In this document: piece by piece, positions 18,984 through 27,706 of the stretch
Position numbering within the stretch: the first letter of the stretch is position 1
Layout of the letters: every line of letters starts with the position of its first letter
Assembly: GCA_026415235.1 (NCBI GenBank)
Contig: JAOAHM010000028.1
Span: forward strand, 23,928-87,927
DNA length: 64,000 nt
Source: Ignavibacteria bacterium
Lineage (GTDB): Bacteria > Bacteroidota > Ignavibacteria > Ch128b
Reading direction: 5' to 3'
Made by a program: the position numbers and the translations under genes
The notes under the pieces: model-generated
Databases searched by the model: none
What the model saw: the letters and a program-made list of their open reading frames with translations, nothing else
What the model was told of the DNA's origin: nothing

Positions 18984-20036
18984 TTAATTTCGGTAAAAGT
19001 AGATTGCACCAGGATTTATTTTAGTTTCAAATTTTTTCAAATAATTTCCATTCTTATCAAAAATTTTTACTTCACCATTTTGAACGAAATTTTTCGGATT
19101 GCCAACATACAAACGCTGATTAATCTCATCGTAAGCAATTGAATACGCAATCCCATACATATCATTTATTGTCATACCACTAATGAAAACTGTATCAGTG
19201 TTTTTATTATTTAAGTTTATTCTACCAATTCCTTTGTCGTTAATGTAATAGAGCAAGTTATCTTTTGTTAAAGCAAAGTCTTGCGGATGATGAGAAAGTA
19301 TGATGGAATCCGTTTTAGTTAATGTGTTTGGATCAACGAAGTAATATCCACCAAGTGAAGTTGCACTAAAGAAATCTCCAGAACATCCAATTAAAATTCT
19401 TCCATCATTCGATAAACTAACGAACCTCGGATTTCTACCAACTTGAATTGTCCTAATTACTGAATTTGAATTTAAATCAATGACAGAAATAGAATTACCA
19501 TTACCCAAATCTGAATTTGCAACAAATAACTTAAAGTTTGCATAAGCAATTCCTTCTGGATATTTGCCCACTGGAATTTCTCGAACGATACTTAAAGTTG
19601 AAGGATTGAATTCAATTACAGAATGTTTATTGAAACTCGTAACAAATCCTCTTGATGAATTCAAAATAAAAATTTCTCTTGGACTGCCATTTTGACCAAG
19701 ATTAATTATTCCCAAAGATTGACCTGTTTGTAAATCAATCACTTCAATTTTATTACTCCCATCAACTGCTACATATCCTTTGTTCTCGAAGATGTACATG
19801 CTGTTTGCGTTATCACCAATAATTCTTTGATTTTTTTGAGAATAAAAGTTTGTAATTGTTTGTTCGGTAGATGGGTCATAGAAAGTAATTTCACTATTGT
19901 TTTGCATGTACAAACCTTCGTTGATTACAAAAACACCTTTTGTGACTGGATTGGTTGGTTCAGTCGAATTTTCTTTTGAGCAAGAATAAAAAATAAATGA
20001 AGCGATAAGTAGTGTAAAAAGTATTTTGAATTTCAT
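18984..20036 (-). CDS. surface lipoprotein, YncE-like beta-propeller (candidate B12-capture protein)
   Basis: Lipobox LIASFIFYSC. Repeated ~40-aa units of the form V.V.D..T...V..I.VG..P. Directly follows the riboswitch-controlled TonB receptor gene (1-nt gap). Confidence 0.7.
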   Translation of the reverse strand: MKFKILFTLLIASFIFYSCSKENSTEPTNPVTKGVFVINEGLYMQNNSEITFYDPSTEQTITNFYSQKNQRIIGDNANSMYIFENKGYVAVDGSNKIEVIDLQTGQSLGIINLGQNGSPREIFILNSSRGFVTSFNKHSVIEFNPSTLSIVREIPVGKYPEGIAYANFKLFVANSDLGNGNSISVIDLNSNSVIRTIQVGRNPRFVSLSNDGRILIGCSGDFFSATSLGGYYFVDPNTLTKTDSIILSHHPQDFALTKDNLLYYINDKGIGRINLNNKNTDTVFISGMTINDMYGIAYSIAYDEINQRLYVGNPKNFVQNGEVKIFDKNGNYLKKFETKINPGAIYFYRN

Positions 20037-20037
20037 T

Positions 20038-22047
20038 TTATACCTCCATTTGAATTGTTAGACGATACTCTCGCCCCGGCATGGGGAAAGATTGAATTAA
20101 TTGGTAAGAAGTGTTGAAAAGATTTTGAATTAATAGATTTAATCGAAAATGGTATGAGTTGATTGAATAATAAAATGTTGAAGAAAGATTTGAAATAATC
20201 ACTGGATCAAGTGAGAATAGGACATCGTTATCTTCAGTGACAAACCTTCGGCTGTAGTAAGTTGATGAAAACTCAAATTCGATGGATTTCAATTTGTAAT
20301 AAAAAATAAGTGAAGCTTTGTGCTTAGGAATGTAAGGAAGTTGTTTGTTATAAGATTGATCATTTAAGGTTAATCTCGATTTTTTCAGAGCATTTGTGAA
20401 AGTATAATTTGCCCCAATAGAAAAATTGTTGCTTAATTTTATTTGTTCGATGTTCAGCTCAATTCCATTTGATTTGATTCTTCCAAGATTAGTGGGACTG
20501 AAAAAAGCTACTCGTTGTGGTCTCCAGATAATTTTGTTTTGTACATCAAAAGTGAAATAGGTGAATTCAAACAGAAAATTTTCGTTTTCATATCGAGTCC
20601 CGATTTCGTAGTTCAAAATATTTTCTGGTTCAAGTTCACGATTGGTAAGTGAGGTTAGTCTGGAGAATGAGTATTCATAAAAATTCGGTACTCGTATACC
20701 TGTTCCAACATTTGCATACGAACTTAGTCCTAATGACTTAACATTGATAGAACTACCAAATCTAAAATTTGGAAACTTGTAAATTTTGTTATGAGAATTA
20801 AAATGATTTTCAACATAATTGAGAGAAACAAACAAAGATGATTTGAAGATAAGGTTTTCTGCAAATTTTTTATCATAACTTAATTTTAGATTAGAGCTAA
20901 AGTTTTTTCTCAACAAATTTTCTTGATTAACATAACCATCATCTCTTTTTTCATTTTTATCAAAAAACTCTATGCTCTTTGAAAAACCAAAAGTAAATAC
21001 AAAATTTTTTGTGAAATGATTAAAGAATAATTTTGAGTTAATTGAGTTTTCTTTTAGTAAGTATTCTTTTGTTTTGAGATTTATTGAAAGAAGGGGATCG
21101 TCAATCTTCATTTGATTGTTGTTGTATCCTAAGATTACATTCATAAAAATATCATCCGATAGAAAAACTTTTGAATTGATTGAGGAAGAAAAATTTTTTT
21201 CTCTTTCTCTTGTTCCGCTGTTGTTATGTCGATTCGATGAGACAAAGTTTGGAAGTCCCATCTGCTTATCCATAAAATGCAAGAATGAATTAATCAAAAC
21301 AGGTCGGTTGAAAATATTCAAATTGTTGATTAACGCAGTGCTTAGTGAGTTTTGATTCACATCAGCGTTATGTCGAATTCCTGTTTCGTCATTGAACTTA
21401 TATTCGTAATCATTTTTCGCTGATTTTTTTGAGAAGTTAATTTTATAATAAGTGTTAAGTTCATAACCACTTGTTTTCAATTGAAATCCACGAAAACCAA
21501 AACTACCAATTTGAAATTTGAAGATTGATTTTGAAGTATCATTTTTTTCAAAAGGATTTAGTTCAATTGAATTGCCAAAAGAATTGTTGTTAATTGGTTC
21601 AAAGTCATTACTTTTTTTAATGATGATTTCACTTATTTCATCAGATGAGAATTTGCTGAAGTCAAAAACACCATTTAATGAGTTGTTATAGTTAATTCCA
21701 TTAATAAAAACAGAAGTGTATTCTGAACCTGAACCTCTAATTGAAATTGTTTGTAAACTTCCTTCACTTCCATAAGATTTAGTGAATATTCCAGGTCGAG
21801 ATGAAACTAAGTTGCCAATTGAAACAGATGATAGTTGTTCTGACAATTTTATTTTCTTAACAAATCCACTGGAAAGATTGTCGAAATAATTCAAGCGATC
21901 AATGATGTAGATTTCACTCATCGAATAAATTTTAGAAGTGTCTTCAAAGTGAAAAATCGAGGAATGTAATCTGTAGGAAGAATTACTTATTGAGAATAAC
22001 TCGATTACAAAATTTCCTATAATCAAGGTGATTAGTTTTAGTTTCAT
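20038..22047 (-). CDS. TonB-dependent outer-membrane receptor (BtuB-like)
   Basis: The ORF begins at TTG 22056, but ATG 22047 (MKLKLITLII) is the likelier start. Plug region GSLQTISIRGSGSEYTSVFINGI. Alternating beta-barrel sequence. Cobalamin riboswitch immediately upstream. Confidence 0.85.
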   Translation of the reverse strand: MKLKLITLIIGNFVIELFSISNSSYRLHSSIFHFEDTSKIYSMSEIYIIDRLNYFDNLSSGFVKKIKLSEQLSSVSIGNLVSSRPGIFTKSYGSEGSLQTISIRGSGSEYTSVFINGINYNNSLNGVFDFSKFSSDEISEIIIKKSNDFEPINNNSFGNSIELNPFEKNDTSKSIFKFQIGSFGFRGFQLKTSGYELNTYYKINFSKKSAKNDYEYKFNDETGIRHNADVNQNSLSTALINNLNIFNRPVLINSFLHFMDKQMGLPNFVSSNRHNNSGTREREKNFSSSINSKVFLSDDIFMNVILGYNNNQMKIDDPLLSINLKTKEYLLKENSINSKLFFNHFTKNFVFTFGFSKSIEFFDKNEKRDDGYVNQENLLRKNFSSNLKLSYDKKFAENLIFKSSLFVSLNYVENHFNSHNKIYKFPNFRFGSSINVKSLGLSSYANVGTGIRVPNFYEYSFSRLTSLTNRELEPENILNYEIGTRYENENFLFEFTYFTFDVQNKIIWRPQRVAFFSPTNLGRIKSNGIELNIEQIKLSNNFSIGANYTFTNALKKSRLTLNDQSYNKQLPYIPKHKASLIFYYKLKSIEFEFSSTYYSRRFVTEDNDVLFSLDPVIISNLSSTFYYSINSYHFRLNLLIQNLFNTSYQLIQSFPMPGREYRLTIQMEV

Positions 22048-22071
22048 TTCTATCAAGCATTAATTTTTTTT

Positions 22072-22102
22072 AAAACAAAAAACCTCTTCGAGTGAAGAGG
22101 TT
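22072..22102 (-). terminator. riboswitch expression-platform terminator
   Basis: The minus strand reads aaCCTCTTCactcGAAGAGGtt, followed by ttttgtttt. The upstream CTTCGAG can pair with the CTCGAAG of the terminator as a possible anti-terminator. Confidence 0.6.
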
Positions 22103-22162
22103 TAAAAAACTCATAATTGAGTCTTAGAAACCTTCCTTTCCCTCGAAGGAAAAAGTTTCGAA

Positions 22163-22326
22163 ACTTTGCTGGCAGGTCTCCTGACTTGTGCAACACCATT
22201 GACGCCTTCCCATTCCGATTGAAATCGAAACAGTGGCTTTTTGTCAATGGTTATAGGCACTCACAGTTGCGGGGCAGTAGCGGATTTTCACCGCTTTCCC
22301 TTTTAACCATTCAGGACCAGCAAAGT
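22163..22326 (-). promoter_or_regulatory. cobalamin (B12) riboswitch aptamer
   Basis: Minus strand features: 10-bp P1 helix ACTTTGCTGG (22326-22317) / CCAGCAAAGT (22172-22163); core AAAAGGGAAAGCGGTGAAAATCCGCTACTGCCCCGCAACTGT; GCCACTG; GGGAAGGC; B12 box AGTCAGGAGACCTGCC. Confidence 0.9.
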
Positions 22327-22342
22327 TATCAAAGAACTCGTG

Positions 22343-22375
22343 CAAACTTAAAAAAGATTAATTTTTAAAGTCAAA
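22343..22375 (-). promoter_or_regulatory. candidate Bacteroidetes-type promoter (TTTG-N21-TAAGTTTG)
   Basis: On the minus strand, TTTG (22375-22372), 21 nt, then TAAGTTTG (22350-22343), which fits TAnnTTTG. Lies about 17 nt upstream of riboswitch P1. Confidence 0.35.
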
Positions 22376-22393
22376 TAACATTAAGCAAGAATT

Positions 22394-23515
22394 TTAACTA
22401 TTCAATTGCTTTTTCGTACTTGGAGAAAATTTTTTGTTCAAATAAATCAAGAATTCTGAAAACAAAATCATTAGTATCCACATCACAATAATTCCGATTA
22501 TCGTTTCAAGTACATTACATTTATAACCGAGAAAATCTTTAACACCTCGATTCCACGAACTTCCATAAAGCAACATCACATGAACAACATAAATCCATAA
22601 TGAATTTTTGCTTGCGTTGTACAAAAATTTCGGAATTTTTTTAACATATAATGATAAAACAGAAAAAAGACTTCCAAAGATTAGAACAGTTCCAAATCGA
22701 GCGTAGAATAGTGCAGGGCTTGTTGTCCAAAAAGTTGAGAGATTGAAAAATTGCAACTCAAGAAAATTTATTAAGAAAGCTGAAAAGATGAAGATAATTC
22801 CTATTTTGAGTTGCACCTTAGTAAGGTGAATCATATCGTTCAAAAATCCTTTTCGTTGGAAATAAATTCCAACTGCACCACCTAAGAACAGATAAGCTCC
22901 CCAGGGAAAGAGTGGAAATAACGAACCAGTTCTTTGTGAAAACCAAGAGGAAATTTGCAGTGGAAAATATTCTTCCCAATCAACTAAAGTTGAAAGTTGT
23001 TTACCAAGCAAAAATAAAATTGAAATACCAATCAGATATCTCGCAGCATCATACTTAAACTTTCTTGCAAGCATTTCCATTCCAAGAAAAATCAAAAGGC
23101 TTGCACCAATCAACTGAAGAATATCTACTGCATAAAAAAGTTGAATCATTTGATAGGTTACATGTTCCCAATCAATGATTGTCGGAGTGGGAGATTTCAT
23201 CAAATAACCAATTAAAATTAGAAGCAAAGCTCTTTTGATGGTTTTGATTTTAATTTGTTTGAACTTCTCAGGAGAGTCAGTCCGTCTGAATCTAACACCA
23301 TAAACAAAACCAGATGCGAAGAGAAATAATGGAGCCGTTAATCCTCGAAAAAATAACCAAGTATTAAATCCAATTGAGTCAGGTCTACGGAATTCTTGAC
23401 TTAATAAAACATCAACTGTGTGACCATGAACCATTAAAAAAATTGCACAAAAACGAAGCAAATCAATATAAATTACTCTTTGAGACCTTAAATTCTCTGA
23501 CAATTCTTCTCCCAC
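22394..23515 (-). CDS. polytopic membrane acyltransferase-like protein (DUF1624 / heparan-alpha-glucosaminide N-acetyltransferase-like)
   Basis: N-terminal R..YIDLLRFCAIFLMVHGHT motif followed by about 10 hydrophobic segments. Confidence 0.5.
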   Translation of the reverse strand: MGEELSENLRSQRVIYIDLLRFCAIFLMVHGHTVDVLLSQEFRRPDSIGFNTWLFFRGLTAPLFLFASGFVYGVRFRRTDSPEKFKQIKIKTIKRALLLILIGYLMKSPTPTIIDWEHVTYQMIQLFYAVDILQLIGASLLIFLGMEMLARKFKYDAARYLIGISILFLLGKQLSTLVDWEEYFPLQISSWFSQRTGSLFPLFPWGAYLFLGGAVGIYFQRKGFLNDMIHLTKVQLKIGIIFIFSAFLINFLELQFFNLSTFWTTSPALFYARFGTVLIFGSLFSVLSLYVKKIPKFLYNASKNSLWIYVVHVMLLYGSSWNRGVKDFLGYKCNVLETIIGIIVMWILMILFSEFLIYLNKKFSPSTKKQLNS

Positions 23516-23582
23516 TATTGATTGAAGAAATTAAAAAATCATAATATCAACTGAACTTAGTTAACTAATGCATTAATCAAAG

Positions 23583-23951
23583 TTATTGTTTATCAGTTTC
23601 TTTTTTAATTTTTTCTTCTAAGGTTTCTCTCATTCTATTGATTGTTTTCACAACTAAGAACAAAGCAAATGCGATGATTAAAAAATTTATTAGTGTAGTA
23701 ATAAAATTACCATAAGCCCACACAACTGCACCAGTTTGTTTTGCTTCTTCAAGTGAAGCAACTGGTCCACCTTTTAATACCAAAAACAAATCTTTGAAAT
23801 CTACTCCACCAATCAAAAATCCAAGCGGTGGCATTATGATATCATTAACAAGTGAATTAACCACTGTTCCAAAGGCAGCACCTAAAATAATTCCTACTGC
23901 CATATCAATCATGTTACCTTTGAGAGCAAACTTTTTGAATTCGTTGAACAT
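23583..23951 (-). CDS. mscL: large-conductance mechanosensitive channel
   Basis: [40 protein letters not shown] is near-consensus MscL. GGAGG RBS upstream. Confidence 0.92.
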   Translation of the reverse strand: MFNEFKKFALKGNMIDMAVGIILGAAFGTVVNSLVNDIIMPPLGFLIGGVDFKDLFLVLKGGPVASLEEAKQTGAVVWAYGNFITTLINFLIIAFALFLVVKTINRMRETLEEKIKKETDKQ

Positions 23952-24012
23952 TTTTACCTCCGTATTTTTACTTATTATTTTTATTTTGCTCTAAAATAAG
24001 GAATGAATAAAA

Positions 24013-24300
24013 ATGATGAAAATTATTAAAATAATTTTGATTGTTTCACTTATAATTTTTGTTGTTGGATGTTTTCCAACTCATTCAGTAGAGAAAGAAA
24101 GTGAAGCAGGATTTTTGATGGGCATTTGGCATGGATGGATTGCACCAATTTCATTAATCATAGGAATTTTTGATTCAAATATTAGAATTTATGAAACGAA
24201 CAATTCTGGTTGGTGGTATGACCTCGGTTTTTACATTGCAGTGATTGCAGGCTTCGGTGGACTTGCACTTCGTAGACGCAAGAAGAATTCAAATTTTTAA
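24013..24300 (+). CDS. small hypothetical membrane lipoprotein
   Basis: Lipobox IFVVGC, two further hydrophobic segments, basic tail RRRKKNSNF. Confidence 0.5.
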   Translation: MMKIIKIILIVSLIIFVVGCFPTHSVEKESEAGFLMGIWHGWIAPISLIIGIFDSNIRIYETNNSGWWYDLGFYIAVIAGFGGLALRRRKKNSNF

Positions 24301-24385
24301 TAACAAAAGATTTTTCTAAATGTTATTCAATTGTGAAATAATAAAAATCTGAATTCAATTAATTTTGTAAAAAAGAGGAGTGATA

Positions 24386-25489
24386 ATGAAAGTAAAAAGA
24401 ATTGGAATTCTGACTGGTGGAGGAGATTGTCCAGGACTTAACGCAGTGATAAGGGGAGTAACTAAACCAGCAATTGAAATGGGAATGACGGTTATTGGTA
24501 TTGAAGATGGTTTTGAGGGATTAGTGGAAGGTAAGATGCACGAACTAACGAATAGAGATGTTTCTGGAATAATTAACATAGGTGGAACAATCTTAGGCTC
24601 ATCTAATAAAGGTGACCCATTTCACTGGCCTATAGATAATGGTGAAAAAATTGTAATCGAAAACAAAGCAAAACTGGCTGTGAAAAATTATAAGGGTTGG
24701 GGATTAGATTGCTTAATTGTTATTGGTGGTGATGGTTCTATGCATATTTCCTCTAAATTGATGAAACTTGGTTTGAACATTGTTGGTGTACCTAAAACAA
24801 TTGATAACGATTTGTATGGAACAGATTTAACATTTGGTTATGACTCGGCAGTATTCGTTGCAACTGAAGCAATTGATAGACTTCATACAACAGCCTCTTC
24901 ACATCATCGTGTGATGGTAATTGAAGTGATGGGAAGGTATGGTGGTTGGATTGCTTTAGGTGCTGGTATTGCTGGTGGTGCTGATGTGATATTGATTCCA
25001 GAAATTCCATTCAAATGGGAAGATGTAGCAGAAAAAGTTATCGAGAGAAGTACTAAGGGAAAAAGATTTAGCATTGTTTGTGTTGCTGAAGGTGCAAAAC
25101 CTGTTGGTGGTCAAATTGTAATTCAAGAAAAAGATAAGAAGAGAACCGATCCAATTAGATTTGGAGGAATTGGCCACTTAGTTGGAAGAAAAATTGAAGA
25201 GATGACAGGACTCGAAACAAGAGTTACCATACTTGGTCATTTGCAAAGAGGTGGTAGTCCAACTCCATTTGATAGAATTTTAGCTACTCGTTTTGGAACT
25301 CATGCAATTGAGATTGTTGCAAAGAAGAAATTTGGTCACATGGTTGCTTTGAAAGGTGATAAGATAGTTTCAATTCCAATTCGTGATGCAATTAAAAAGA
25401 AGAAACTTGTTCCAGTTGATTGTCAAATGATTAAAACGGCAGTCCGTGTTGGTACTTCATTTGGAAATAATGAATTGACAAGTTGGTGA
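24386..25489 (+). CDS. pfkA: 6-phosphofructokinase
   Basis: ORF begins at GTG 24380. ATG 24386 lies 5 nt after AAGAGGAG. Motifs GILTGGGDCPGLNAVIRG, IGGDGS, PKTIDNDL, MGR. Confidence 0.92.
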   Translation: MKVKRIGILTGGGDCPGLNAVIRGVTKPAIEMGMTVIGIEDGFEGLVEGKMHELTNRDVSGIINIGGTILGSSNKGDPFHWPIDNGEKIVIENKAKLAVKNYKGWGLDCLIVIGGDGSMHISSKLMKLGLNIVGVPKTIDNDLYGTDLTFGYDSAVFVATEAIDRLHTTASSHHRVMVIEVMGRYGGWIALGAGIAGGADVILIPEIPFKWEDVAEKVIERSTKGKRFSIVCVAEGAKPVGGQIVIQEKDKKRTDPIRFGGIGHLVGRKIEEMTGLETRVTILGHLQRGGSPTPFDRILATRFGTHAIEIVAKKKFGHMVALKGDKIVSIPIRDAIKKKKLVPVDCQMIKTAVRVGTSFGNNELTSW

Positions 25490-25491
25490 TT

Positions 25492-27435
25492 TTACTCGCT
25501 AAAAATTTCTTTCTCAATTCTTGAATATTCTTCAGAGAGGTTTGACCATTCTTCAACAAACTGGTCAATTCTCTCTGAAATTTCTTTGTATTCTTGAAAA
25601 ATATTTCGATCTGGTGGGACAAGTTCGGGTTGAGTAAAAAATTTTTCTAAAGATTTTTTATGTTCTTCGAGTCTTGAAATTTCGTTTTCCAAAAATTCAA
25701 TTCTCTTCCTCAGTTCTTTTGTGAGTGAATAAAATTTTTGTCTTTTTTCAGCTTCAATTCGTCGTTGAACCTTTCGTTGATTTAGATTCGCCTCTTTACT
25801 TTTTAAATCCAATGACTTTGAATTTACATTCTCAAAATTTTCTTCAACTTTTCTTCGTTGAATTAAATCATCAAGATTTCCATAGTAAAGCTTAAGCGAA
25901 TTGTTCTTAATCTCAATTACTTTATTCACAATTGGATTAACGAAATCAACATCGTGAGAAACAATTATTAAAGTTCCATCATAATCAATCAAAGCATCTT
26001 GAAGAATTTTTTTCGATTGTCGATCTAAGTGATTTGTTGGTTCATCAAGAATTAGGAAGTTTGATTTTTGAAGTAAAATTTTCAACAAAACTAATCGGCT
26101 TTTTTCACCGCCTGAAAGTACAGCAACTTTTTTGAAGACATCATCACCATGAAACAAAAAACAACCCAAAAGTTTTCGAACCTGTCCCTGAGTTTTTTCG
26201 GGATCAATATTTTCTACTGTTTCGAGAACTGTTTTATTTAAATCAAGTTCTTCAATTAAGTTTTGCGAATAGTAGCCAATGATAACATTATGACCATAAA
26301 TTTTCCTTCCAAAAGAAATTTCCTCTTTATCAGCTAAAATTTTTGAAAGTGTACTCTTGCCAGAACCATTCAAACCAACAATTGCAATTTTATCACCTTT
26401 ATCAACTTGAAGATTAATGTCTTTAAGAACAAGTTTTTCGTTGTAATATTTAGAAACATTCTCAAGCTTAACTACAACTTTTCCACTTGGAGGTATATTA
26501 TCAAAATTAAAATTGACTGTTTCTTCATCATCAGGTATTTCAATCTTATCTAACTTCTCGAGCATTTTAATTCTGCTTTGAACTTGTCTCGCTTTAGTTG
26601 CTTTATATCTAAATCGTTCAATGAATCTTTCAATATGTCTGATTTTTTTCTGTTGATTTTTATACTCGAGATATAACTGATTTTTTTGTTCTTCTTGATA
26701 TTTGTAAAAACTTTCAGCGTTACCGTTAAATAAAATTACTTTGCCAAAGGAAAAACCAAGAGTTTTATCGGTTACTGAATTAAGAAAATGAGTATCGTGA
26801 GATATGACGAGTAATGCACCTTTGAATTTTTTCAGATAAGAAATGAGAAACTCAAGTGAGTCGAAATCAAGATGATTTGTAGGCTCATCGAGCAAAAGTA
26901 AATCTGCATTTGAGAGAAGCAACTTGGCAATAGCAACTCTTACTCTCCAACCTCCACTAAATTCCGATAGCTTACGAGAAAAATCGTTTTCAATAAAACC
27001 AAGTCCAAGTAAAACTTTTATTGCTTCAGCTTTGTAAAGTTCTGGTTTTAATTGATGCAGTCTTGATTGAATTCGGTCAAGTTTATCAATAAGAGATTTG
27101 TTTTGAGATATTTTTAATTCATCTAAAATTCTTTTTTCTTCTGATTCGAGTTCAAAAATTTCACGATTTGCTTTGTAAACTTCGTTGAATAATGTTTCAT
27201 CAATTACTTCGCTAATGTAGTCTTGTGGAAGGTATCCGATGTTCAAACCTTTCTGAAAATTTACTGAACCAGATTCAGGTTCTATCTCTTTTGCTAAAAT
27301 TTTAAGTAAAGTAGTTTTACCACAACCGTTTGGACCTACCACACCAATTTTGTCAGAGGGATTTATTTTAAAAGAAACGGAATGAAATAAATATTCGCCA
27401 GAAAATTGAACAGATATATTTTCAACAGAAACCAT
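25492..27435 (-). CDS. ABC-F family ATPase (two ABC cassettes, C-terminal coiled coil)
   Basis: Walker A GPNGCGKTT and GLNGSGKST. Signatures FSGGWRVR and LSGGEKSR. No TM segments. Confidence 0.9.
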   Translation of the reverse strand: MVSVENISVQFSGEYLFHSVSFKINPSDKIGVVGPNGCGKTTLLKILAKEIEPESGSVNFQKGLNIGYLPQDYISEVIDETLFNEVYKANREIFELESEEKRILDELKISQNKSLIDKLDRIQSRLHQLKPELYKAEAIKVLLGLGFIENDFSRKLSEFSGGWRVRVAIAKLLLSNADLLLLDEPTNHLDFDSLEFLISYLKKFKGALLVISHDTHFLNSVTDKTLGFSFGKVILFNGNAESFYKYQEEQKNQLYLEYKNQQKKIRHIERFIERFRYKATKARQVQSRIKMLEKLDKIEIPDDEETVNFNFDNIPPSGKVVVKLENVSKYYNEKLVLKDINLQVDKGDKIAIVGLNGSGKSTLSKILADKEEISFGRKIYGHNVIIGYYSQNLIEELDLNKTVLETVENIDPEKTQGQVRKLLGCFLFHGDDVFKKVAVLSGGEKSRLVLLKILLQKSNFLILDEPTNHLDRQSKKILQDALIDYDGTLIIVSHDVDFVNPIVNKVIEIKNNSLKLYYGNLDDLIQRRKVEENFENVNSKSLDLKSKEANLNQRKVQRRIEAEKRQKFYSLTKELRKRIEFLENEISRLEEHKKSLEKFFTQPELVPPDRNIFQEYKEISERIDQFVEEWSNLSEEYSRIEKEIFSE

Positions 27436-27438
27436 TAA

Positions 27439-27687
27439 TCAAGATTCATTTTTATTAGAATGTTTCCTTGCAAAATCAATTGATTCCTGAAGTGCATTTA
27501 GAAATTTATCAAAATCTTCTTTATAGAGAAAGATTTTGAATTTTTCTATATCAGTTTCATTCCGTTTCTTCTCGGTAATTGTGATATACAATTCGGCAGT
27601 ATTTTTAGTTGGACGGACATCAAAATAGTAAGTTCGTTTTCCTGCTTTAACTATTTTGGTAAATATTTCGGGATTATACTTCTCCAC
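27439..27687 (-). CDS. PUR-alpha-like nucleic-acid-binding protein (DUF3276)
   Basis: KAGKRTYYFDVRPTKNTAELYITITEKKR...FKIFLYKEDFDKF fits the bacterial PUR repeat (recalled). Stops 3 nt before the ABC-F start. Confidence 0.65.
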   Translation of the reverse strand: MEKYNPEIFTKIVKAGKRTYYFDVRPTKNTAELYITITEKKRNETDIEKFKIFLYKEDFDKFLNALQESIDFARKHSNKNES

Positions 27688-27706
27688 CTTATTACCCTCA
27701 CACTAT

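Noticed and set aside
22053-22368. ORFs 22053..22247 (-) and 22117..22368 (+) in the gap upstream of the TonB receptor gene
   Set aside because: The region is fully explained by a cobalamin riboswitch plus its terminator, and the ORFs have no RBS or protein-like features.
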